64,000 bases of DNA from a bacterium. Lineage in GTDB: Bacteria > Electryoneota > Electryoneia > Electryoneales > Electryoneaceae. Position numbers and translations under genes: made by a program. The notes under the pieces are model-generated. The model saw nothing but the letters and a program-made list of their open reading frames with translations. It had not been told where the DNA came from and ran no database searches. The stretch spans positions 1,120,001 to 1,184,000 of the forward strand of contig OY769902.1 of the NCBI GenBank assembly GCA_963669175.1, written 5' to 3'. Below, in pieces: positions 10,699 to 20,780 of the stretch (position 1 is the first letter of the stretch; every line of letters starts with the position of its first letter).

Positions 10699-11331
10699 AT
10701 GGTTGAACTGTTCTACAAGGGCGGCGGTTTCATGTGGCCCATTCTGGGCGTCTTCATTTTTGGTCTGGGTTTCGCCATTGAGCGCCTGATCAGCCTGATG
10801 ATGTCGATGCCAGGGAACAAGAAGAAGTTTGTCATGAAGGTGAATTCTGCCCTTCGTGAAGGTGGTCCCGATGCTGCCATGGAAATTTGCTCGTCTACAC
10901 GTGGTCCTGTGGCGTCTGTGTTCAACGCAGGCCTGATGCGTATGCACCGTGGTATTGATGCCATGGAAAAGGCAATCATGAATGCCGGTCAGATCGAGAT
11001 GAGCTTCCTGGAGAAGAACCTGGTCTGGATATCCACGGTAATCGCGGTAGCCCCGATGCTTGGGTTCACCGGAACCGTCTGGGGCATGATCAGTGCGTTC
11101 GACTCCATTGCAGCGTCCAACGACATTACCCCGTCGATTGTGGCCGATGGTATTTCCCAGGCCCTGTTGACCACGGTATTTGGTCTGGTAGTCGCGATGA
11201 TCATGCAGATCTTCTCGAACCTGTTCATCTCCATGATTGACAAGATCGTCAATGACATGCAGGAAGCGTCGATCGAGTTCGTGGAAACGCTTGCCGAGTT
11301 TTCGGATAACGGCGGCAAATCTGCCGAGTAA
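10699..11331 (+). CDS. exbB: MotA/TolQ/ExbB proton channel
   Basis: APMLGFTGTVWGMI and GISQALLTTVFGL motifs, GGAGG RBS. Confidence 0.9.
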   Translation: MVELFYKGGGFMWPILGVFIFGLGFAIERLISLMMSMPGNKKKFVMKVNSALREGGPDAAMEICSSTRGPVASVFNAGLMRMHRGIDAMEKAIMNAGQIEMSFLEKNLVWISTVIAVAPMLGFTGTVWGMISAFDSIAASNDITPSIVADGISQALLTTVFGLVVAMIMQIFSNLFISMIDKIVNDMQEASIEFVETLAEFSDNGGKSAE

Positions 11332-11351
11332 TCCCGAACCAGGAGGCGAGC

Positions 11352-11774
11352 ATGGACATTCGACGACGTAAAAAACCGAATGATGAAATCCCGACGGCGT
11401 CCTTACCCGACATCGTCTTCATGCTCCTCATCTTCTTCCTGGTCACGACGACGATCGATATGGACAAGGGGATCATGATGGTCCTCCCGGACCGTGGCGG
11501 CGAGTTCAAGGTTAACCCCGAGAACATCTGCAATGTGTTAGTCAACGCTACGGGCCAGGTCCTGGTAGATGATGAACCGGTCGAACTTCGACAGATCTCG
11601 GATAAGGTAGAGAGCAAGGTAATTTCCCGCGGCAAGGATGCCGATGGAAAATGGAAGCTTATTGTTTCCATTAAAACCGAACCGGATACGCCCTATAATA
11701 CCTATATCCAGGTCCTGGACCAGGTGAAACGAACCAAGGCGACGAAAATCAGCATCGCCGAACCGGAACAGTAA
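11352..11774 (+). CDS. exbD: ExbD/TolR biopolymer transport protein
   Basis: IPTASLPDIVFMLLIFFLVTT motif. Confidence 0.9.
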   Translation: MDIRRRKKPNDEIPTASLPDIVFMLLIFFLVTTTIDMDKGIMMVLPDRGGEFKVNPENICNVLVNATGQVLVDDEPVELRQISDKVESKVISRGKDADGKWKLIVSIKTEPDTPYNTYIQVLDQVKRTKATKISIAEPEQ

Positions 11775-11792
11775 GTAAAGCAGGAGTCGAAG

Positions 11793-12203
11793 GTGCAGTT
11801 TTCGAGGAAAAGCAAAGCGTCTGCGGATATCCCAACCGCATCGCTCCCCGACATCATCTTCATGCTGCTGATCTTCTTCATGGTGGCGACGGTGTTTAAG
11901 GAGTTTCGCGGATTGCCGATTCAGCTTCCTGCCGCACTCAAGACAGAGAAGCTCGAATCGAAGCGGAATGTCGCCTATGTTTGGATCGGAAGGCAGGGGC
12001 AGATCTCCGTCGATGATAAAATCATTGCGATGGATGATGTCAGCCCGATTTTGTCGGACAAGTTCGCCCAGAATCGTCGCTTGTTGATCAGCTTGAAGAT
12101 TGACAAGGAAGTGAAGATGGGCATTGTGTCGGACCTGCATGAAAAATTGCGGGACGCCTATACCTTACGCATCAACTACGCTACCAAGCATGTTGAGAAC
12201 TAG
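11793..12203 (+). CDS. exbD: ExbD/TolR biopolymer transport protein (second copy)
   Basis: IPTASLPDIIFMLLIFFMV motif. Confidence 0.9.
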   Translation: MQFSRKSKASADIPTASLPDIIFMLLIFFMVATVFKEFRGLPIQLPAALKTEKLESKRNVAYVWIGRQGQISVDDKIIAMDDVSPILSDKFAQNRRLLISLKIDKEVKMGIVSDLHEKLRDAYTLRINYATKHVEN

Positions 12204-12223
12204 GTTAGCGGCAGGAGAAGCGC

Positions 12224-12886
12224 ATGTTATCGTTTAAGAATCCAGAAGCGGAAGTGCGTCTGGGCTATCCCAAGCGGTTGGAGCTGGGATTGGTTATCGC
12301 TCTTCTCCTTGTTGGGACAGTCTTCCTGCTTTCCAAGCGGTTTGATCAGGAAATCGTGATCAAGAAAGCAGAAGAAGTAGTCCTGCAGACGGAGGAGATC
12401 CCGATCACTCAGCAGGTGAAGCGTCCGCCGCCCCCGGCGCGACCCTCCATCCCGATTGAGGACCCGGATGTAGAAGAAGAGGACATGATCCCCTTCGAAG
12501 ATATTGATGAAATTGACTGGTCTTCAGAAGCGCCACCACCTCCGCCGGCAAAGGCCGAAGATGTTGTGGTCGACTTCTTCGCGGTCGAAGAACCCCCGCA
12601 AATGGCGGGCGGCGCCCAGGCCCTGTATGACTATATCGCCAAGAACAATCTGTATCCCAAGCTGGCGCTTGACGCCGGGTTGAACGGCGATGTGATCATC
12701 GTGTTTGTTGTGGACGAAAAAGGCTTCCCGATTGATGTGCAGGTTGCCCAGGAACGTCCCGAAGGTCTTGGTTTCGGTGAAGCCGGTGTGAAAGCGGTAT
12801 CCGCACAGAAGTTCTCACCTGGCTATCAGCGTGACCGTGCAGTCAAGGTGAAAATGCAGCAGGTTATCCGGTTCCGGATCGAGTAA
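12224..12886 (+). CDS. tonB: Energy transducer TonB
   Basis: N-terminal TM helix, Pro-rich linker, C-terminal YPKLA...G...VFVVDEKG...FSPG domain. Confidence 0.9.
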   Translation: MLSFKNPEAEVRLGYPKRLELGLVIALLLVGTVFLLSKRFDQEIVIKKAEEVVLQTEEIPITQQVKRPPPPARPSIPIEDPDVEEEDMIPFEDIDEIDWSSEAPPPPPAKAEDVVVDFFAVEEPPQMAGGAQALYDYIAKNNLYPKLALDAGLNGDVIIVFVVDEKGFPIDVQVAQERPEGLGFGEAGVKAVSAQKFSPGYQRDRAVKVKMQQVIRFRIE

Positions 12887-12978
12887 TGGAATCGGTTAAG
12901 AAGCTTTTTGAGCCTCATCCCTACAGGGGGTGAGGCTTGTTTATGTAACAGCGAGCGACCAGGAGCGAGGAGGGAAAG

Positions 12979-14151
12979 ATGAAGAAGCTGCGATTCGCGT
13001 TGTTGTTGCACTTTCTGTTGGGTGTGCTGGTTGTATTGTTTGCAGGCTGTGCCGATGATTCCGACGATCCTGTTTCCTCAGAAGGAAGCAATTCCGGTGA
13101 GTGGACTCTGCATGAGTCATTCTTCAGGGACAGCAAGATTCTCCTCAATGGGGCTGTAACCAATGATACGTTTGTTGTAGCTCAGCTTTCAGCGGTTAGC
13201 TGGTTTGGTACTTCATCACTCACACCAGTCCAGAATAGCCATATTGGCGGTTCTCGAGCGCTGGATGCCAAACCGGCCATACATGGGTCGCTTGCGATAT
13301 ACAAGTTGGAAGGCGACAACCAGCTTCTCATTGGCAGCGCAAATCAACCATTTTCAAGTGGTGGTTTTGCCTGGGGGATATGCCTGCATGATTATGACAG
13401 CACGATATCCGAGGACGCAACCATCCCCGTAGATTATCACACCTACCCGGTCGGCGCGTTTAACGACAACGGCCTCTTCCTTACCATGGTTTCCGATACG
13501 TCGTACTATTACCGCACGAACAATTCACTATGCCTTATCAACTTGAATCCCTACGATTATGGATATGGGATGATTGAACTGGACCCGGAAATATTGAAAA
13601 TTCCGCTTGAACGCGATCAATACTACCGACTCAATTACATCGGTGCTGTTGGTGAACGATTTTTCGTTTCCCTGGACGGGTCCGGTAATCAGTTGTTGAT
13701 TGTAGAACCTGATGGACGGGTTACAATCAATACTGATATACCGGACAGGATTACAGACATTTGTAGTTATAATGGTGTGTTGTACGCCAGCACCAGTTAC
13801 GTACATGAAGTATATTACTCGGTAGATCAGGGGACGACCTGGGAGTTGCTGGGTACCGGCTTCCCCGCGCCCGGGATCAGGTTTGCTATCATTCAGGATG
13901 AGCTTTGTTTTTATGTTTACAGCCAGATCGGTCGGTTTGATCTCGACAATGAGGTTGTTCTCGAGCTGGACAACACAGGACTGGAGGGTGATGAAATTAC
14001 TTCAGTCAACGAATTTAACGGGTATGTGTGGATTACCACACTGAATGGACTATACTTTAAACCGGTTGAGGATTTTTTTCTGGAAAGAGTGGTAGAACAA
14101 TCGCTGGCCGAAACCATCCAGGTGGAAACATTGCCTCACAGTGTTGATTAA
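12979..14151 (+). CDS. Hypothetical lipoprotein (possible beta-propeller)
   Basis: Lipobox FAGC, SVDQGTTW Asp-box-like motif. Confidence 0.6.
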   Translation: MKKLRFALLLHFLLGVLVVLFAGCADDSDDPVSSEGSNSGEWTLHESFFRDSKILLNGAVTNDTFVVAQLSAVSWFGTSSLTPVQNSHIGGSRALDAKPAIHGSLAIYKLEGDNQLLIGSANQPFSSGGFAWGICLHDYDSTISEDATIPVDYHTYPVGAFNDNGLFLTMVSDTSYYYRTNNSLCLINLNPYDYGYGMIELDPEILKIPLERDQYYRLNYIGAVGERFFVSLDGSGNQLLIVEPDGRVTINTDIPDRITDICSYNGVLYASTSYVHEVYYSVDQGTTWELLGTGFPAPGIRFAIIQDELCFYVYSQIGRFDLDNEVVLELDNTGLEGDEITSVNEFNGYVWITTLNGLYFKPVEDFFLERVVEQSLAETIQVETLPHSVD

Positions 14152-14184
14152 GTCACACTTTCAGAAGCAGGAGTAAAACACGGC

Positions 14185-14793
14185 ATGGACCGTCTTTCAT
14201 TACGCCGCTATTTGCACATCCTTCGTGATGCGACAACCGATACCCAGACTTTCCGCTGGGCTTCCGATAACCTTTCCCGCCTGTTATGCGGGGAAGCATT
14301 GGCAAAACTGCATCATATCGAGGAAACCGTTGAGACACCGGTCGGGCAGTCAACCGGGCCACGTTTCGGCAATAACCTGATGGTGGTTCCGGTGTATCGT
14401 GCCGGGCAGTCCCTGGTGCAGGCGTTTTTTGAAGCGGTTCCCGGGGTCTCGATTGGTTCCGTCCTGATTCAGCGTGACGAAGAGACCGCACAACCGAAGC
14501 TGTTCTACCGGAAACTGGCCAATCCGTTGCCGAAACATGTCATAATCGTTGATCCCATGCTGGCAACGGCGGGAACGGCCTGTATGGCGGTAGATATCCT
14601 GATGGAACAGGGGTATGAGCCGGACCATATCTACTTCATGGGAGTGATCGCCGCGCAGGCAGGCTTTGACCGTCTGGCGGGAAAGATACCAGCGGAACAT
14701 ATCACCCTTGCGGCGATCGACCCGGAGCTGAACGACAGGAAGTATATCGTCCCCGGTTTGGGGGATTATGGAGACCGTTATTTCGGAACGTGA
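14185..14793 (+). CDS. upp: Uracil phosphoribosyltransferase
   Basis: DPMLATAGT and YIVPGLGDYGDRYFGT motifs. Confidence 0.95.
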   Translation: MDRLSLRRYLHILRDATTDTQTFRWASDNLSRLLCGEALAKLHHIEETVETPVGQSTGPRFGNNLMVVPVYRAGQSLVQAFFEAVPGVSIGSVLIQRDEETAQPKLFYRKLANPLPKHVIIVDPMLATAGTACMAVDILMEQGYEPDHIYFMGVIAAQAGFDRLAGKIPAEHITLAAIDPELNDRKYIVPGLGDYGDRYFGT

Positions 14794-14847
14794 TCATTTT
14801 CTTAACAGGATAATAGGATAGAAGGATAATAAGGATAAAGTATGATT

Positions 14848-15180
14848 GGCTGCTCACAGGAATTTGTGCGTATTATCTACGAGTCCGTTTCGTCAGGTCT
14901 TGACGTGATGCTGTTTTCGCGTTCTTCTCAGCAATTTCAGACACCTGTCCGACTTCACACATGCTATTTCGCTTGATGGATCGTCATCAGGCATCACGTT
15001 GTGACCTGACGACAGCGAGAATGTTGAATCATGTGGCAGGTCACAACGCGACAATAACAGGGCGCGAGGTGGTTTCAGTATCATTGTGCATTCTGGAAAA
15101 CACAGCAAAAGTCGAAGACGAAATGTCGCGTCAAGACCTGCCACAACATTGCCCGGATGCACAAATTCTTGTGAGGAACC
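14848..15180 (+). mobile_element. MITE family A, complete copy
   Basis: Terminal IRs GGCTGCTCACAGGAATTTGTGC / GCACAAATTCTTGTGAGGAACC, 8-bp direct repeat GTATGATT on both sides, related copies elsewhere in the window. Confidence 0.9.
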
Positions 15181-15347
15181 GTATGATTGAGCTTACAGGA
15201 TAAAAGGGATAGAAAGGATTTTAAGGATTTGGAATACTTATAAAAACTGAACGACATGATTGTTATAGCGATTCCCATTATTAGTCCGTCATAGGGTCAT
15301 GTGCTATATCAGTGAAAGATCCTTTATTGGTTTTGAATAAAGGAGAT

Positions 15348-15540
15348 GGAAAAAGGGGACAGTTTCCTTTCCCTGCAGCAAAAGCCTTCCCGCTGTGAGC
15401 ATGGACCAGGAAAGGTGGCTGTACCCTTTTTCTTGAGAGCAGGCAGGAATTACACGGAAAAGGGGACAGTTTCCTTTTCCAGGAATACTTCAGAGATATT
15501 CTGCATAAGCGCGAGGAAAAGGATCCCGTCCCCTTTTCCC
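15348..15540. repeat. Cluster of four REP-like motifs (AAAAGGGGACAG... and complements) in alternating orientation
   Basis: gaaaaaggggacagtttcctttcc, ggaaaggtggctgtacccttttt, gaaaaggggacagtttccttttcc, ggaaaaggatcccgtccccttttcc. Confidence 0.7.
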
Positions 15541-15674
15541 GGCAATCTCCATTATGACGGAATAAAATCGAGAACAGTTATATCTGTCCGAATCTCGGTC
15601 ATGTCTTTTGTCTTAAAGAAAATAAAATCCCTGGTATCCTTGTATCCTACTATCCTGTGAGACATGGGGGGAGC

Positions 15675-16628
15675 ATGAACGAATATACTCGACGCATCAA
15701 CCGGGTGATTGACTATATCGACAGAAATCTGGCCAATCCGCTTACGATTGAAGAGCTGGCGGACGTTGCGAATTTCTCCAAGTTTCATTTTCATCGCATT
15801 TTCTCCACCTTCATGCGTGAACCGTTGTATGCCTATATCCTTCGCATCCGTCTGGAAAAGGCCGCACACCGCTTGTACAGCGACAAGAAAAGACCTGTCA
15901 CCGACATCGCCCTGTCCGCTGGTTTTTCCAGTGCATCGGTGTTCGCCCGTGCTTTCAAGGAACGCTTCGGCATGTCAGCCAGTGAATGGCGTCAACTGGC
16001 CGACGTGTCCATGGAAATGGAAGACAGCAAGATTCGTCAAACGAATGGCAAGGAAAGTGAAGCAGCCTTCGCCGTTTCGACCCATTTTAATCGTCGAACC
16101 GGAAAACCAACCTGGAGGCTGACCAAGATGGATCAGAAGAGCATGGAAGTGGAAGTACGTACTGAAACGATTAAAGATCTGCCGGTAGCGTATGTGCGGT
16201 ATGTAGGACCGTACCAGGGCGATGAGTCGTTGTTCGAGCGTCTGTTCGGGCAGTTGATGCAGTGGGCCGGGCCACGTGGTGTGGTGCGTGAAGATACGTT
16301 GATGATGACGCTCTACCACGATGACCCTTCCCTGACCGATGGGGATAAATTGCGCATTAGCGTGTGTATGACAGTCCCGCCCGAAACAGAAGTAGAAGGC
16401 GAAATCGGGAAGATGGAGATCAAGGGCGGGCAATATGCAATCGGTGAATTCCTGATCAGGGGTGATGAATACGCAATGGCGTGGAAAGCGATGTACGGTG
16501 ACTGGCTACCCCAAAGCGGCTATATGCCTGATGACCGGCTGCCGTTCGAACGCTACCTGAATAATCCCGACGAGCACCCGGACAAGAAGCATCATTTCGA
16601 AATCTGGGTTCCGATTGTGCCGATTTGA
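15675..16628 (+). CDS. AraC-family regulator with GyrI-like effector domain
   Basis: ELADVANFSKFHFHRIF HTH, FARAFKERFG, C-terminal YHDDP...WLPQSGY GyrI-like domain. Confidence 0.92.
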   Translation: MNEYTRRINRVIDYIDRNLANPLTIEELADVANFSKFHFHRIFSTFMREPLYAYILRIRLEKAAHRLYSDKKRPVTDIALSAGFSSASVFARAFKERFGMSASEWRQLADVSMEMEDSKIRQTNGKESEAAFAVSTHFNRRTGKPTWRLTKMDQKSMEVEVRTETIKDLPVAYVRYVGPYQGDESLFERLFGQLMQWAGPRGVVREDTLMMTLYHDDPSLTDGDKLRISVCMTVPPETEVEGEIGKMEIKGGQYAIGEFLIRGDEYAMAWKAMYGDWLPQSGYMPDDRLPFERYLNNPDEHPDKKHHFEIWVPIVPI

Positions 16629-16659
16629 TTGTTAAAAAGATAGTCAAACCTCAAACCAT

Positions 16660-17706
16660 TCAGCCTGCTGTGCGTCGGGTTGAATGGTTTTTCAATTTCA
16701 GGAACAACCAGGAAGCCCCGCTGGTAACCGCCAGGATCAATGCAAACCAGCCTGCCAGCGTGATCAAAGGCTGCGATTTATACAGTTCAGTTCCGATGTT
16801 GCCGATAAGCAGCCATTGAATGACATAGGCTATGGTCACATTGCGTCCCAGCCAGACCAGGTAGCGAAGCGGCGCGCTTTTTCCCGCTACAGACAGCAAC
16901 AGGTGCAGCAGGATAAACCATACCACATTCAGCGCCAAGGTCCACAGGTAGAACATAAGTCCATGATGGTAATATGCCTCCAGTTCAGCAGAAGTGTTTA
17001 TTCCCCACCCAATCGACAACAACAAAGCAAGTCCCGCGATGGGAAAAGCAGCACTCAAAACCTGCCTGGAGAACAGGTTGACTTTTCCTTGATGAACAAG
17101 TTGATATAAGAGGAAGCCGGTTAAAGGGTAGGCCAACCACGGTAACAGGGGGAAATAGGACCATTCGTAATCACCGGCAATAAATGCGAAAAGGTAGGAC
17201 CAGGCAGAATCTACGGACATATGCTCGTTTCCCGAGGGGGTGACAAGCAGAACAGCCAGGATTCCGGCAAGCGTAATGAGTGGCGATCGTTTTAATACGG
17301 ATTTCAGTCCCGCCAGAATCAGAATGGCCAAAGAAGCGACAAACAGGATATCAACGCCCAGAAGGTATTCCCAGGGATTAACATCCAGTGTTCCGGCAAA
17401 ATACCGGATAAACAGATGAGCGTTCAGACCGGCATTCAACAGAAACGCCAGCGCCAATATTTTCAATCCACGGCCAAGCAGGGACATGGTCGAGCGTGAA
17501 CTGGCCGCAACGAAATAGCCCATGATGCCGATAAAAAGGGGGGCTACCAGTGGCCCGCCAAGAAACAGGGACGCCTTGCCCGGAGCGCTGTCGTACACCT
17601 CCTTCAGGGCAAACACCTCGGTAAGGTGTACCTGAATCATGAGGATTACGGCAATTCCTTTGGCTGCATCGGCCAAATCCAGCCTGGATAACGCTCGCTG
17701 GGGCAT
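16660..17706 (-). CDS. DUF1624/HGSNAT-like membrane acyltransferase
   Basis: DAAKGIAVILMIQVH, FPLLPW, LGRN...YVIQ motifs, multiple TM helices. Confidence 0.75.
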   Translation of the reverse strand: MPQRALSRLDLADAAKGIAVILMIQVHLTEVFALKEVYDSAPGKASLFLGGPLVAPLFIGIMGYFVAASSRSTMSLLGRGLKILALAFLLNAGLNAHLFIRYFAGTLDVNPWEYLLGVDILFVASLAILILAGLKSVLKRSPLITLAGILAVLLVTPSGNEHMSVDSAWSYLFAFIAGDYEWSYFPLLPWLAYPLTGFLLYQLVHQGKVNLFSRQVLSAAFPIAGLALLLSIGWGINTSAELEAYYHHGLMFYLWTLALNVVWFILLHLLLSVAGKSAPLRYLVWLGRNVTIAYVIQWLLIGNIGTELYKSQPLITLAGWFALILAVTSGASWLFLKLKNHSTRRTAG

Positions 17707-18184
17707 TCAAATTTCCTGTATTGTTGCAAAGGATAAGATACAGCCGTTTCTTTATCTTCCGGAATCGGCTGTCCTTTTATTGGACAAGGGGAGAGTTGGG
17801 CAGTTTAATGGAATACCGGTTCTTCCTCCGGTAAGCATCATTGGGATGAACAATTAGGGTTCTGCCATGCTGATTTGTGGTCGTTTCACCTGCAACGGGC
17901 GCATCGTAATGGAGAACTGCGGAATGGGGCGAAAATTCTCCTGCCATCAGCATGGATTTTGATTTATTACCTGTTGTTATCTACAGTGATGGAGCTTCGG
18001 CCATTTACCTTGCAAGAGAGCGTCTCTCCTCTGTTTTACCCTCTCATTCTGAGGTCGTATCTTCTCTTTCTGTAGTTCAGGATGGAGATGAAGCGGCAAG
18101 CTGAACGTGTTTCAGTGACCCCTACCTTTGTTTATTGACTTTGTTACGAAGTTTAGAGCCGGAAAACCTTGGAAGGATGAGTGG

Positions 18185-20125
18185 ATGATGCAGAAGTTGA
18201 CATGTCTCGCCGTACTAGCTCTGTTCCTGGTCGCGATCCCTGCCCTGGCGATCGACCGGAGTGAGATCCCTGATGACTATAAGTGGAATCCGGAGCACAT
18301 TTATGCCAGCATGGATGAATGGGAGCAGGATTTCGCCGCAGTCCAGGCAGGTCTCGAACAGGCAGTAGCGTTCAAAGGCCAGTTTGCTGGTCCGGATGCT
18401 GAAAATGTCCCGGAAAAGCTGATCGAGTTCAACAAGATCGGTGAAGAGATCGAGATTAAATTCTCGCACCTGTATTCCTACGTGATGTACAATTTTCACG
18501 TTGACATGGCCAATCCCGAATGGATGGGTAAACTGCAGCAATTACAATACCTCGGTCTTCAGTATGGTCAACAGCTTGCTTGGGTCGAACCGGAAATGAT
18601 TGAGATCCCTGAAGCGGATCTTCTCGCCTGGTGCGACCAGTACGAAGAGCTGAAATCTCACAAGAAGAGCTATGAAGACATGTACGCGCTTCAGGAACAT
18701 GTTCTTTCTGAAGAAGAAGAAGGCCTCATGGCGCTCGTGGGCAATATTTCCGGCACCGCCGGGGACGTCTTCAGCAAGCTGAGTGACGTGGATATGCCTT
18801 GGGAAACCATCACCTTGGATGGCAAAGAGGTTGAGGCGAATGAATCCGCCTGGGGTTCCTGGCGCTATGATCAGAATCGTGAAAACCGGGAAGCCATTTT
18901 CAATGCCGTCTGGAATCAGTATCGTCAGTTCGGCACGACCTTCGCGGCCACGATGACGGGCAATATCAAGGAAGACATTTTCTTTGCCAAGGCACGCAAG
19001 TACGAAAACACACTGCACGCCGCTTTGGATCCCTCGTTTATCTCAGTCGATGTGTACACCAACCTGGTGAACACAACCCGTGCCAATACAGCCCCGTTGC
19101 ATAAGTACAACGAGATCCGTAAACGCATGTTGGGTCTTGACCATTACAAGCACTGGGATTACTACGTTTCCCTGATTCCGGCTGAAGAAAATCGCTACAC
19201 CTGGGACCAGGGCGTGGAAATCGTCCTTGACGCCGTGAAGCCGCTGGGCAAAGAATACGGCGAAATGGTGAAACAGGGTCTTGCCGCAGAAAGTGGCTGG
19301 GTGGATGTGTTTGCCAACGACAACAAGCGCGGCGGCGCGTACAGCAGCTCCTGCTATGGTATTCACCCTTATATGCTGTTCAACTTCAACTATGAAGAAG
19401 GTCTGACCCTGGAAGATGTCAGCACCATGGCCCATGAAATGGGTCACAGCATGCACACCTACCTGAGCGAACAGAACCAGCCCTTTAATACTCGCGATTA
19501 TGCGATTTTCAACGCTGAAGTTGCCAGTACAGTCAATGAAGTGCTGTTGAGCCAGAAGATGCTTCGGGAAGCGCGTAAGGCCTATAAAAAGGCCAAGGGC
19601 GACAAGAAAGAAGAAGCACGCCTGCACCTGATTTCGCTGTTGGAACAGAATATCAATGCCTGCCGTGGCACCTTCTTCCGCCAGACCATGTTTGCGACCT
19701 GGGAATGGGAAGCGCACAAGATGGCATGGGAAGGCCAGCCCCTGACCATGGAAAGCTTTGACGCCCTGTATGCGGGTCTGTTGGCAGAGTTCCACGGTCC
19801 GGCTGTCGAGTACGATGAACTTTCCGGCATTACCTGGGCGCGTATCCCGCACTTCTATCGTGGCTACTACGTCTACACCTATGCCACCAGCTACGCGGCT
19901 GCGGTCGCCCTGGCGCAGGATATTATGGCCGAGGATGGCGGCGACAAGTCCAAGAAGGGCGCCACTGCACGCTACCTGAATTACCTGGCCAGTGGTTCCA
20001 GCAAGCACCCGGTCGAGTTGCTGCAGGATGCCGGCGTGGATATGACCACACCGGAACCGATCGAAAAATTCATCGAGTACTTCACTGCACTGGTGGATGA
20101 ACTGGATGCACTGACACAGGAATAA
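18185..20125 (+). CDS. pepF: Oligoendopeptidase F (M3B) with signal peptide
   Basis: KRGGAYS, HEMGHSMH, AEVAST, WARIPHFY motifs. Confidence 0.92.
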   Translation: MMQKLTCLAVLALFLVAIPALAIDRSEIPDDYKWNPEHIYASMDEWEQDFAAVQAGLEQAVAFKGQFAGPDAENVPEKLIEFNKIGEEIEIKFSHLYSYVMYNFHVDMANPEWMGKLQQLQYLGLQYGQQLAWVEPEMIEIPEADLLAWCDQYEELKSHKKSYEDMYALQEHVLSEEEEGLMALVGNISGTAGDVFSKLSDVDMPWETITLDGKEVEANESAWGSWRYDQNRENREAIFNAVWNQYRQFGTTFAATMTGNIKEDIFFAKARKYENTLHAALDPSFISVDVYTNLVNTTRANTAPLHKYNEIRKRMLGLDHYKHWDYYVSLIPAEENRYTWDQGVEIVLDAVKPLGKEYGEMVKQGLAAESGWVDVFANDNKRGGAYSSSCYGIHPYMLFNFNYEEGLTLEDVSTMAHEMGHSMHTYLSEQNQPFNTRDYAIFNAEVASTVNEVLLSQKMLREARKAYKKAKGDKKEEARLHLISLLEQNINACRGTFFRQTMFATWEWEAHKMAWEGQPLTMESFDALYAGLLAEFHGPAVEYDELSGITWARIPHFYRGYYVYTYATSYAAAVALAQDIMAEDGGDKSKKGATARYLNYLASGSSKHPVELLQDAGVDMTTPEPIEKFIEYFTALVDELDALTQE

Positions 20126-20152
20126 GCTTCTGCGTCACATAGAGTTTGTACA

Positions 20153-20174
20153 AAAGCCGCCTTCGGGCGGCTTT
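20153..20174 (+). terminator. Rho-independent terminator of pepF
   Basis: aaagccgcc-ttcg-ggcggcttt hairpin. Confidence 0.8.
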
Positions 20175-20182
20175 CTCATAAT

Positions 20183-20657
20183 TAGCCCGAATATTTCATG
20201 AACGGAACATGGATATTCATCTTAACACAGTTCATATCAACACAATACAACTGATTCATACAGCATTTTTCAGGGGACAGTTTGCTCCGGTATCCCTTTG
20301 CGTGTCTATTCCCTGTTTCGCTGGCAAAATAGGCTGAGAATCGGCAACCGCCCCGGCAGGGGCAACCTGTATTAGCCCCGGGCAGCCGCCGTCAGTTTGG
20401 CGACTACCCGGGGAGATAATGCGCACCATATATTTACTCCGAAAGGAGTAACCTAATAATTATCAAAAGTATACAGCGATAATTATAGGCAACCCGCTGC
20501 CGGGGTTGGCAAGTAGCGTACATCCTATTCCCACCGTGAGCGCCAAACAGACGGCGCTGGACGGTGGACTAATACAGAGAACCACTGCCGTGGTTCTTGT
20601 ACTGGCCATTCCATCAAATACAAAATTTGAAATTGCATTGGTGAAATATTCGGGTTA
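20183..20657 (+). mobile_element. MITE family B (~475 bp) with REP-like internal hairpins
   Basis: Ends TAGCCCGAATATTTCA / TGAAATATTCGGGTTA, near-identical inverted copy at 39628-40103, partial copy at 51472-51699. Confidence 0.85.
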
Positions 20658-20702
20658 GGAATTAGGAATTAAGAATTTAAAATGGCAGGCCTGTGTGTCG
20701 CT

Positions 20703-20776
20703 CTATTCTACTATACCCAGCGCATCCTGGATTTCCTGCCAGGACGTGACCACCAGGTCTGCTTTGCTTTTGGTGT
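20703..20776 (-). pseudogene. Diverged duplicate of the 3' end of the neighbouring HAD gene
   Basis: Encodes KSKADLVVTSWQEIQDALGIVE* versus KSKADLVVTSWQEILDALGIEE* at the end of the HAD gene (21125 onward). Confidence 0.85.
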
Positions 20777-20780
20777 TGCA

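Noticed and set aside
14893-15203. Short ORFs recurring in MITE copies (e.g. ...SRCDLTTAR...VAGHNAT...)
   Set aside because: Starts, stops and frames differ among copies, so the similarity reflects the DNA repeat
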